In this document: in pieces, positions 9,513 through 20,800 of the stretch
Layout: each line of letters starts with the position of its first letter
How positions within the stretch are numbered: the stretch's first letter is position 1
NCBI GenBank assembly: GCA_013416795.1
Contig: RQSC01000002.1
Coordinates: 6,398-33,172 of the forward strand
DNA length: 26,775 bases
Source of the DNA: Prasinococcaceae sp. CCMP 1430
Taxonomy: Eukaryota; Plantae; Prasinodermophyta
Reading direction: 5' to 3'
The notes under the pieces: model-generated
Told to the model about the DNA's origin: nothing
The model's input: the letters and a program-made list of their open reading frames with translations, nothing else
Database searches by the model: none
Program-made: the position numbers and the translations under genes

Positions 9513-12500
9513 TTAAGTATTGTCCGCCCCTTCTGCATGACCGCCATTGATTCGCGCGGGCCGGTTTTGTCCGTCTTGCTGCTCTTGCAAATACAGTGTG
9601 CTGAGTTGCTCCCTGCATTTTTTCACTCTTCGCGACTCGGGGGACTGCGTGTCTCTACTTGTTAAAAAAAGCTTTCGCACTCCTTGCATGTTGGGTGACG
9701 CCAAGGTAAAAAGCGCGATGCCTTCGAGCAGACGCAGGATGCCGATGACGATCGATACTGTCGTGCCAGTGGCCTGGGGGTACGTTGGGTAGCATCCCTT
9801 TCCGCTAGCCGGACGATAATTCAGGAACATCAGCTGGATCGTGATCTGCGCAATGTCTTCAATGGCCGCCCAGGTGAACGCCCACACGCGCAATGGCGCC
9901 CACGAATGCCGCCAGTCAGGGAAGAAGCCGTTCGCGGTGAGAGGGGTGTGAAGCAGTACCTGCATGCATTCTTTTTTTAGCAGGGCATGGTACGCCTTCT
10001 TTTTGCTATCATCTCCCTTGATGTCGTCGTACCCTTCAAATACAGGCGGGTCTTTGCAGTAGCTGTCAGGCAACTTGCACACAAACCACGGAAGTAGTTT
10101 GATCGCCCTGAAGTCTGCCGCACAGAGGGCCAGCGCGAGCACAGATGCCATGCTGATCATGATGTTGATGCCACCAGCGCAAAGTTCGCCAGTACGCTTC
10201 GTCAAGAAGCGGCAGTCAATATTGGACAACGGGCACATCCTCAGTCTCGTCGGGAACAGCACACCGTCTCCACTGCTCGAGTCGTCAGGGCCATCGAGCA
10301 GCCATGACAGTTCCCACCATTCTTTTCCTCCTTCAGCGTGTTGACTTTGGCGCGTCACTTCGCCTGCACTTGCGAGAGCGGCGGACCGCGCAGGTCTCGT
10401 GACTGCAAAGAAAGCAGCCAAGCCCGGGATGGAGGGAAGGGGCCACATGCTCGCAACAAAGGCAGCAAAGCCGGCGACCAAAGCAGGCCACATGCCGGCA
10501 ACGAAGGCAACAATGCCAGCCAGGAGCATCATAAAGGATGGGACGGCCACAAAGATGATTGCTGGCACTCTTAGAATATCGCACGTGTTGAAGTCGGTGA
10601 AAAAGAGCACGTCCGTGACCACGTCGGCTACCCCGAGCAGAATTCCTGCTATTAGGCATATTTGCTCTCCGACTCCGAAATGCAAACGCCGAGACGTGAG
10701 AGGGATCTCTGACTCGAATCGAGTCGGTTGGCGGGGCTGGAGCACATACGAAAGCATCAGCGTCTGAGGTAGCAAGAAGAGGAACGAAGCGACAATCGGC
10801 ACCACGAGCGGCCAAAAAAACTCGTCCCAAAACTTGGACCAGAAGTCCTGCACGCACTCGTGTGACCCATCGTCAGCTTGCACCATGACAAAGCGCTCGT
10901 CAGGACATGCGCAGGTCGAGTCCTGGCCAGGTTCTAGATCACGGTGAATGATGCGTGTGAGGTTTCCATTTCCAGGGTACAAAAGCAGCTCGCCTTCGCC
11001 CGATTCATCTGATACTGACTCCAAATACGAACAGGGGATGGTGTGCGGAAGATGCAACATCCGAAGATCGTTGTTGTCCAAGATGAGTCTTTGGAGGGCT
11101 TCGAAATCCCTCGAATCGGACAAGCCAGCGAGTGGCGAGACTTGGATGTCGTTCTTGCTAAGGTCGAGGTGATTGAGCTTGTTAAGCTGCGTAAACACGG
11201 CAGGATTGATGGTCTGCAGCTTTGCGTTGGCCAGCTCGAGTCTTCCATCACATATTTGCTGCGTGCCTCCGCCACCCCCGCAGTGGGCGTCACCGAATTG
11301 CAATCGCTGAAGCTCCGTTCCCGTCTTTGCGCCGCTCGCCGTATCGTGAAGGAAAAAAGTGCAGCTGCCACACGAACGAATGTCAAGTCTCGTCAAGTTG
11401 GGCAGACCCTCGATCTCCTCGAGCACCCTGGCGATACTTAAAGTGTTGCGGATGTTTTTCTCCCCATCGGGCGCAATGCCCAGGTACTCAAGCTCATCGA
11501 GCCCCCTGAAGACAGAAGAGTTGAGAGAGCGCACGCCGCTGGATGATAGGTTGAGCCACCGGCAGTTGCCACAGCCGCTCCATGTGGTACAGCTACTCGT
11601 GCCGCTCTCGTCGTTCGAAGGCGCCTCTGGTACTTCGCATGTTGGCAATGGGTCGCGTGTGAGGTGCCCCTTCGCAGAAGTACTGAAGGTGCATTCACCG
11701 CACTGCAACTGTCTTGATTCTTCAGGAAGATCGGCAAGCGTGCACAGGCGGACTTGCAACGACTGAATTTCCCCAGGCAACAGTACCCGCCCAGTGCTCA
11801 CTTTGCCGCTGATATAGTCACTGCCCTCGAGCATTGGTGGCAGCTCGTAGAAACAAGGAGTATTGTCTCGCTTAGACGTATCATTTTCGAGTATGCGGCC
11901 GTTGGCAGATGTCAAGAGCTCTGTGAGACTCAGCAGTGGTGTTAGCAGACCTGACGGCTGTGCCCCCATAAGAGTGTTGTTGTGAAGGTCAAGGCTCTTG
12001 AGGTCCGCGAGGTTGTCGAAGAGACCGTCAGCCAACTTGCCGTTAAGGTGATTATTGGCAAGTACTAGCTTTCTCAGATTCCTGAGAGCCTGGCCCTGGT
12101 CGTCAGAGAAGACGCCCGCCGAAAGCCTCTTAAGGCTGTTGTTGCCGAGGTCCAGGAGCTCCAGTTTGCCTAGACCGCGAAAGAGCGCCTCGTCGAGCTC
12201 GGCGAGGTAATTGTCAGAAAGGCGAAGGGTGACTAGGTTCGACGTGGCCTTGAAAATACTCGGGGGCAGGTTTTTGATTGCGTTGTGCGAGAGGTTCAGC
12301 GTCTCCAAGCTCAACAAATTCTCCAATAGACCGTCCGGAAGCTCAACAAGGTCGTTGTTGGCGAGCTGCAGGTCCGTGAGCGCACGTAGATCGTCGAAGA
12401 GTGTCGAATCAAGCTCGATCAGCGCGTTGTTGGAGAGGTTCAGACTTTGTAGCGTCCCCATCCCCCTTAGGACGTCCGCCGGCAGCGAGGTGAGTGTGCG

Positions 12501-15500
12501 TACAGCGCCGCCGAATATCGAAAGCACGTTGAGGTCGAGATGCGTGCACTCCGCGCCGCAGCAGGCATCGGTGTCAGCAGCACACGAGCTTGAATCCGGC
12601 CGTCGTCTCAGTTCTCCGTCGCCATACATGTAGAACGTGCACTCGCCGCACTTCCCTAGCGGTATGCGCTTCCCCTCGCACATGTATTGCCCAACCTAGT
12701 GCGCCAAGTCTCCCGCCGTTGCCTCGGGCAGTTTGAGGATGCACATGGTTGCGTTGTTACTGTCCAGGTTGAGCGAAGTGAGGCTCGAGAGGTGTTCGAG
12801 CAGAAACCACGGTTGTTCCCCTGAGAGATCGTTACCCTGAAGTTCAAGCGTCGTCAGTGCTGTGAGGTCTTTGAACAGGTTATATGGCAGCGTGCCACTG
12901 AAGTTATTGTTGCCAAGTTTCAGCGACTGCAGCGTTTGCCTTTCCGCGAATGGCAATGCATCAGCCGTAGCATTTGTAAGCTCGTTGTACGAAATGTCAA
13001 GCACTGTGAGCTCGCGCGTGTGGTTAAGCAACCCTTCTGGCAGTGTGACGATGTCGTTTTCGAAGAGAAAGAGCTCCTCAAGGCGACATTGGGTGTCAAA
13101 AAGCTTTGGCGGCAGTCCAGGCAGGCTATTGTTGCCGAGGTTCAGGGTCCTTAAGTAAGGCAGACTCGTGAACGGCAATGTTGGTGTGGTGTTCAGGCTG
13201 ACGAGCTCGTTGCCAGAAAGATCAAGCGCCCTGAGGCTGCTCTGGCTGTCAAACAGCCCGTCCGGCAGCGTATGAAGGCTGTTTCCACCGAGGTGCAGCG
13301 ACTTGAGCACGCGCAGATCCGCAAACGGCAACGACGGCGACTTCGTGAAATTGAGCTGGTTGTACGACAGGTCCAAGACGGCGAGGGTCGCACTTACGTC
13401 CGCGAAGAGGCCTTCGGAAAGCGTGCTGATGCTGTTCTGCGACAGGTCCAGCGAAGCCAAGCTGGACATGCTCTCAAAGAGTCGGTCTGGCAGTTCGGAA
13501 ATGATAGTGTGTGCGAGCCTGAGCTCAGTTAGCCCACCCAGATCGGAGTCCTGGTAGAACCCAGCAAACGAATCCGGCTGGCTTAGATTGTTGTTGGAGA
13601 GATCCAGGTATTTCAACGTGCGCATCCCGCTGAGAACGCCCTGCGGCAACGAGCGTACATCGCTGCCGTTGAGCTCCAAACGCGTGCAATCCACGCCGCA
13701 GCAGTTGCCATTCGGGCACTCTCCCAGCGGCCGGTCGCGCTCGAGTCTCCCCTCACTAGCGTCCAAAAGGTTGACATAGAATCTACACTGGCCGCAAACC
13801 GCGAGCAGAGCGCGCTGCTGATTACACAGCTGCACACCCACCATCCAGGACTTGATCGGGCCCGGTGGCAGCTTCTTGAAACACAGCGTGCCTGAACCAC
13901 TGTCCCCGAGATTGAGTGTCGTTAGACTACCAAGGGGTGTAAGCACACCCTCAGGCTGTGGGCCTGCCAGGGAGTTTTTCTGAAGATGAAGCTCAACGAG
14001 GTATCCAAGTCCGTGAAACGTCTCATTGGGCAGGGCGCTGAGCAGGTTGTCATCGAGCCACAGCCCAGTCATCCTTGTGAGGTTCACGAACGGCTTTCCC
14101 TCGAGTGCGAGAAAAGTCAGATTGTTCGCGGACAGGCTCAACGTTTCAAGCGACGCAAGTGTCTCGCCAAAGACACCCTTCGGAAACGCGTCCAGATCTA
14201 GGGCGTTTCCTGAAAGGTTCAGCAACCTCAGGTTGGGTGTGTCGTCAAAGATGCCGTCCGGTAGGGCCTGAATGTTGTTGTTCGCGAGTAGGAACGTCTT
14301 GAGGGCTCTCGTACCATTGAAAACATCACTTGGCAGCTCAGACAGCGAGTTCGCCGAGACGTCAAGCTCTGAGAGCATGGGTGTGGCGTCGAAGATGCCC
14401 TCCGGCAGGGCGTCAATAGTGTTGTTAGAGAGAGAGAGCGTCGCAAGGGCGCTCACACTTGCAAAGGGCTCCGCCGGAAGATCCCTGAGGACGTTCCCTG
14501 AGAGGTCCAGTGTCTCCAGGTCGGGCATGTACTCAAAAGCTCCCAGCGGTAGAGTCTCGATGATGTTTGCAGAGAGCAGGAGCGTCGAGATTGAAGTATT
14601 GCGCGCCTTGGGTGACGTGTCGTTCTTGAATGCGATCGCCGGTAGTGCTGTTATCACGTTGCCCGAAAGGTCAAGCTTTGTGAGGCTGGGCAGATCCGCA
14701 AAGACTCCCTGCGGAAGAGCCCCAATTGTGTTGTGAGAGAGCAAGAGCGTCGCAAGGTCACGCATCCCCGTAAAGACACTCCCTGCCACTCCGGCGAGTG
14801 CTTCGTCAGATTCGTCTGCACAGATGCCGGGTTTCACAACACGCGGCGGCAGTGCAGGTGTTGGCGCCGGTGCCGGCGCCGGTGCCGGTGCTTGGTCGAC
14901 CGTGAAGTTGAGCTGATTGTAAGACAGGTCGAGCTTAACGAGGCCGGGCACATCGGCGAAGACGCCCTCTGGCAGAGTGTCGATCACGTTGTTGGAGAGC
15001 AGGAGCGTTCTGAGGCTGTCCATGCCCTTGCAGAAGTGCGCTGGCAGAGCCCTTAGTGCATTTCCCGAGAGGTCAAGCAATCGGAGGCTGGGCAAAACTT
15101 CGAAACCTCCGTCCGGCAGAGCCGCAAGCTTGTTCCCAGAGAGGCTCAGCGTCTCGAGGTTGGGGATATCTGCAAAGACGCCGGCTGGCAAAACGCCAAC
15201 CTCTGGCGTCTGGTCGAAGACTGTATCCGGCTCGGCATTGATGGCGAAGTTAGAGTCACCAAATGTCGCTGAGTCAAAAGCAATCAAGGCGTTTCCCCGC
15301 ATCTCAGCGAACTTATTGTACGACAGGTCGAGCTTGACGAGGCTCGACAAGTTCGCCAACGCGCCCACCGGCAGAGTGCCAATGGCGTTGTTGGAGAGCA
15401 ACAGATTCGTTAGCCCACTCAAACCAGCGGAGACACCTAACGGCAGTGCGGCCAGGGTGTTCGACGAGAGGTCCAGCGTTTTGAGGTATCGCAAGTCCGC

Positions 15501-16361
15501 AAAGACTTCCCTCGGCAAAGTGTCAAACGCATTGTTTGAGAGCAACAAAATCGCGAGCCCGCTCAAATCAGCGAAGACGCGTTCGGGTAGTGCGGTCATG
15601 TCGTTCGACGAGAGGTCCAGCGTCTGAAGATTCGGAACATCAGCAAACGATGCCTCCGGCAGAGTGCTGATGACGTTGCCAGAGAGCAACAGATTCGTTA
15701 GCCCGGTCAAACCAGTTAAGACGCCTTCCGGTAGCGCGGTCAGGGCGTTGGCGGACAGGTCCAGCGTCGTGAGATCTCGCATGTCCGCAAAGACATCCTT
15801 TGGAAATGTGTCCAACGCATTGTTTGAAAGCACCAATGTCCTGAGCCCGCTCAAACCAGTGAAAACGCCTTCGGGTAGTACGGTTAGGGCGTTCGACGAG
15901 AGGTTCAGCGTCTGGAGACCTGGCAGGTCCATGAAGAGTCCGTCCTGCAAAGACTGAAGAGCGTTGTCGGAGAGCAAGAGCGTCGTCAGGCTGCCCATGC
16001 CCGAGAAGACGTCAATCGACAAGTTGGTGAGGCTTCTGCAGTGGATGCAATTCGAAAGATCAAGCTTGGAGCAGTTGCAGCAGCTCGCGGCATCATCGCA
16101 CTCTTCCGGCAGCCTGCGCACCAGCTGCCCCCCATCGTTGAAGAAAGTACAACTCCCACACTCGGCGAGCTCGAGCTTCTCCGCCAGAGCGCACGAGCGC
16201 GTCAATGCGGCCAAGAGTAGCAGCAGCAGCCACTGGCACATGCGCATTGGCAGCATAGAACGAGCAGGGACATGTTTGCGCCAGTAGTCGTTGTGGACGG
16301 GTTCAGTACTGCCGCTAGTCGCTTCAACAGTTTCCAAGTCATCACAGCCGCGATGCGCCAT
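9513..16361 (-). CDS. LRR receptor-like gene A: signal peptide, five Cys-capped LRR modules, Cys stalk, TM, XK-like multipass domain; one frame of 2283 codons with a single internal TAG at 12696-12698
   Basis: ORFs 12696-16487 and 9513-12683 are in the same frame, separated by TAG + GTT GGG CAA TAC. 24-aa repeats LxxLxLSxNxLxxLPxGVFxx; signal WLLLLLLAALTRSCALA; TM FFWPLVVPIVASFLFLL; motifs GVADVVTDVLFF and IEDIAQITIQL. The exact start ATG is uncertain. Confidence 0.85.
14859..14892 (-). repeat. 6-nt tandem repeat encoding a (PA)n linker within LRR gene A
   Basis: ggcgccggtgccggcgccggtgccggtgc on the + strand gives APAPAPAPAPTP. Confidence 0.8.
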
Positions 16362-17448
16362 CGTGTGCCTGTCTGGAGCTCGCAGAGCGCACGCGCGAGC
16401 TCGCAGTCGACAGCAGGCAGCTAGTCTTTGCCCCGTGTGCGCACTCTGCAGCACGCGACGACGATACCAGCCAAACGCGCCCCACAAAACCTTCTGCGTC
16501 CGGACGATGCCACCTACTCCTCACGCGCGCCTGGGTCGCCCGATGACGCCGCCCGAGACACGCGCAGCGCACGCAGTGGCACCACCACACTCGCGCGTCG
16601 TCTGTGCATGACCAGGCACTGCGCGTTGCGCTCCCGCGCCGCACACACGCGCACGCATTCACGCCGCACCCCACGCCGGCAATGAGTAGCGCGGGCCGCC
16701 GCTGCCGCGGTACGCGTGCTCCAAGGCGCAAGCACCATACGCTGCACGCTGCGCAACCCGATCCGCTTGGGCTGGCGCCGCGCCCACACGCCGCACTCGC
16801 CGGTCCCGCGCACCGAATTCGCGCGCGATCCGCTGCCACCCACGTCCCACCGAACGCGATCGACGGCCCCACGCAAACCTCCGCCGTTCAATAGCCCGCC
16901 AGCCCCGCGTGCCCAGGGGTCCCAGGCGCCCGCCTGCCCGCACAAATCTGCGCCGTATCCTGGGACCGCGTCCATACCGACGTGACCTGGACGCGCGCCC
17001 TCCCAGGGCGCACCGCAGCCACACGCGCGCGTCGATACGCCCCGAGGCCTGGTGGGTTGCTCATTGAGCATCATTGAGCACGCCTCGAAGGCGGGCTGCT
17101 AACTGTGCGTGTGAGCGCGGGCTCGTACGTCGGTTAAACGAGATCTAAGTGTTCTATCATCAGAAAGGGCGTTCGCCAGGTCTATGATTCAACGTAAGCG
17201 ATTTTTCGTAAGGTGTATCCGAACGGCCTGCAAACTGTAGTCTGAGCCGTGCATTGATTTGATTGTCGAGTTTACACATACGTGCAGAATGTGTGATATT
17301 GACGCAGACGTACACATTCATGGCCTACACAAAGTTGTAGGCGCGGTGCTCCCTCATGTCGACGCACATCGAGTTTCGACGACGTTTGCACGAGCGCAGG
17401 CCGCAGGGTCACTGCGCGCTGGGTGAGGGCACGGCCAAAGCTGCGCGA

Positions 17449-17719
17449 GCAAGCGAGGCGGAGGTGTGGGCGTGCACTGTCGTGCGCGTGGCCGTCGCGC
17501 TTCAGCTAAACTATCAATGTGCGCGGCAAGCATGCTGACACAAGCACGACGTGGGCGCATGGGCACCAACCGTCAGTGCTGCTCAAATTTGCGCGCGGAG
17601 TTAGCGAATGCCTTTCTGGCGTCTGTGACATTGGCAGGCGTGCAGCCAGTGCCACCGTAACCGGCGCTCGGTGCGCTTGCTGGCGCCTGACTGTGCGCGC
17701 GGGCAGCGCGCTGCCTGGC
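17449..17719 (+). pseudogene. Degenerate copy of MRH gene exon 4 (source ~8724-8988)
   Basis: gtggccgtcgcgcttc, gcacgacgtgggcgcatgggcaccaaccg, gctgctcaa and gtgcgcttgctggcgcctgactgtgcgcgcgggcagcg match 8760-8975 in the same order, with indels and stops. Confidence 0.8.
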
Positions 17720-17817
17720 GTCGCGTGCCCTGCTAGTGCATGTGAGTCGCAGTGAGTGGGTGCTTTTCCAATGCTGATGCACGCGTGGATGCGCGCGGAC
17801 AACGTGACCAAATTTAA

Positions 17818-20800
17818 TTAGGCCCTTTGGCTCTCAATGGCGTGTGGACGACCCCCTTGTCTATTAGTACTTATAACACCTTTCCGGGGCATGTCTTCCT
17901 GCTGCTCCATTCCAGGCGGCGAGGCCAGCGCTTCGTCACCGTTATGCTTAGAACCTGGTTGAACCCTCCCGCGCTGACGAAGAAGTGCAAGTCTTTGCCG
18001 AACAGAAGTCCATCCGTGGGCACTTGGCAAACTTGTTAGGCCGGCTTGCTCGGCCCTGTCATCTTCGACAGCACTGTTCATGTTACGCGCAAGTCGTACC
18101 TGCTCCCGTCGCAGATTGCGCAACAGATTGCCACAAGCTCTGACATTATGACAGGCACGTGAAGACGCTGTCTTTCTGCCCCTCGTGAACAGGCGTTGCC
18201 GCATGTGTCGTATGCTGGGCGATGCGAAGGCAAAAAGTGCAATGCTTTCGCACACGCGCAGCACGCTGAAGATGATTGACACTGTTGTGCCGGTAGCTTC
18301 GGCGTAGCTTGGGTAGCATCCGTCCGCACCCTTGTAGAGCAAGAAAGTAAGCTGAATTGCGATCTGCGCAAAATCTTCGATAAGCGCCCAAACGAATGCC
18401 CACACGCGCAGAGGTGCCCATGAATGTTGCCAGTCGGGGGAGAACCCGTTCATGTTGAGAGGTCTGTGAAGGAGCAGCCGCAGACACTCTCTCTCTCGCA
18501 GGCTATCACACGTGCTCTTGAGCTTTTCATATTCTACAGCATCGTACTCTGCAAATGCATCGGGCTTTCTGCAGCAGCTGCCCGGCACCTGATAGACGAC
18601 CCACGGCAGCAACTTGATTGCGTTGAAGTCTGCCGCGCAGAGAGCCAGCGTGCACATAGATGCCGCATTGAAGACACCGACGAGCGCAGTGTGACGGCAC
18701 TTCTCCCTAAAGGAGATCTCTTTGTCGATGGAGGCAGGAGTCATCCTAAGTCGCGTCGGAAATAACAACCTGTCCTCAACGGCGCGGCCACCCGCGCTTG
18801 TCTTGGATGCTGAGGAAGGGTCAGTCCTGCCAGTGGCCGTGTTCTCACTTGCAGATCCATCCAGCAGCCATGTCCAGTCCCCCCATCGACGGCCTTCTTT
18901 GGTGCCTACTACTTCGTCGTCGCCTTTGGGCAGTCGTTTGCTGTCGCCGTCCTCTTTGCCTGTGTCGTCGCCGTCGCGTTCTCCTTTGTGCATACCCTCG
19001 CCCTCCGCGTCTTCGCCCCCGCCTTTGCACTCGGCCTTGCCTTCACCATCGTCAGCAGGCGTAGGCCCCATGCCAGCGACAAGTGCTGCGACGCCACCGA
19101 AGAGCATCATACTTGACGGGACAGCCACGAAAACGATCGCCGGGATGCGTGTGACTGTGCAGTTGGTGTTGAAGTCGGTGAAAAAAAGCACATCTGTGAC
19201 CACATCTGCCACCCCCAGTAGAATTCCCGCTATTAGTCCTATCCTGTTGCCGACGCCGAAGTGCAAGTGCGTCGATGTGAGCGGGACCTCGCATAGTTGA
19301 GGACCATGAACGATTCGAGATGGGGTGCGATCCTGACCTCACGGCCGCCTCGTAGTCTGGCTGGCGTCACTGTCCTCTTGGCAGGACTGCGGTAAGCATG
19401 AAAGCATCTCAAATTGGAACAGCAAGAAAACGAATACAGAGACCACCGGCACAACCAGGGGCAGGAAAAACTCGAGCCAGAAGTCGGACCAGAAGTCGAG
19501 TACGCACTCGTATTCCTCGCCGCTGACTTGGATCATCACGTAGCCTCTGGGGCAGGTGCAATCACCAGGGTTTAAACCGCTGTGGACGATACGGGTTATG
19601 TTGAAGATGTCCACAACTATTGCGCTTCTGCCGGTTTCGTTACTGTCAGTAATTAAAGATATAAGCGAACAGTCGATGTCGGAAATGAAAGTCGAACTTA
19701 ACTCATTTCTCCTGAGGTCGACTACTGCACGAAAGTCTGAGCTGCCAAAACTGTCCAAGGGTGGGAAAGTAGTAAAAGCATTGTCCCGGAGGTCTAGGCG
19801 ATCCAGATGTTTCAGGCCTGTAAATACAACCTCATCAAAGGGAGACGAGCTCAGTCCAAGTTCTGCGTCCGAAAGGTCGAGGGTCCCATTGCATACCTCC
19901 TGGTCCTGACCCGATCCACCCCCGCATTCGGCATTAACGAACTGCACACGTGAGAGCTCAGCGCCCGTCTCATCGGCGACGTCCACATCAACAACCCCGC
20001 GAAGGAAAAATGTGCAGGTGCCGCACGAGCGAATGTCTAGCCTCCTCAGCGAGGAATTTAACAGCAGGCCTCTGGTCGCGGTGAGCACCTCGGCTATTCT
20101 CAGAGAGTTTCGAGTTTCATGTGCCCCATCAGGCGCAATTCCTAGGTACTCGAGCTCGTCGAGCCCCTCGAAGACACCAGTTTCAAGAGAGCGCACTCTG
20201 CTGGACGATAAGTTGAGCCACCGACAGCTGCCACAGCCGCTATTGCTGCTCTCCGCATCCGACGATGACGAGATACACTCTTCGCGAAATGCATGTGTGA
20301 GCCCCCCCGTCGCATTGGTGCTGAAGCTGTATTTGCCGCACGTCAGCGACTCTCCAGAGAGATCGGCAAGCGTGCACAGACGGACTTGCAACGACTCAAT
20401 ATCTCTTGGTAGCAGTACCTCCCCTTTGCCCACATTGCCAAGGATGTAGTTACTCCCCTCGAGCATCGGTGGCAGCTCGTAGAAGCATGGAGTATTGTCT
20501 CGCTTGGACGTATCATTCTCGAGTATGCGGCCGTTCGCAGATGTCAAGAGCTCTGTGAGATCCCTGAGTGGTGCTAGCAGCCCCGGCGGCTGCGCCCCGA
20601 GAATGTTGTTACGAAGGTCAAGGCTCTCGAGCCTCCCGAGGCTGTCGAAGAGGCCGGCAGCCAGCCTGTGCAGACAATTATTAGCAAGCGTAAGCTTTCT
20701 CAGGCTCTTTGTCTTGTCAAAAAGACCACCTGGCAAAGAGGGAAGAGCGTTGTGCGTCAGATTGAGCGTGACTAAGCTCTCTGTCTTGTCAAAAAGACCA

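Noticed and set aside
12696-12722. 27-nt GC-AG micro-intron removing the TAG in gene A
   Set aside because: Far shorter than the supported introns here, and it would delete linker residues that have counterparts in the other module junction. It cannot be fully excluded without RNA data.
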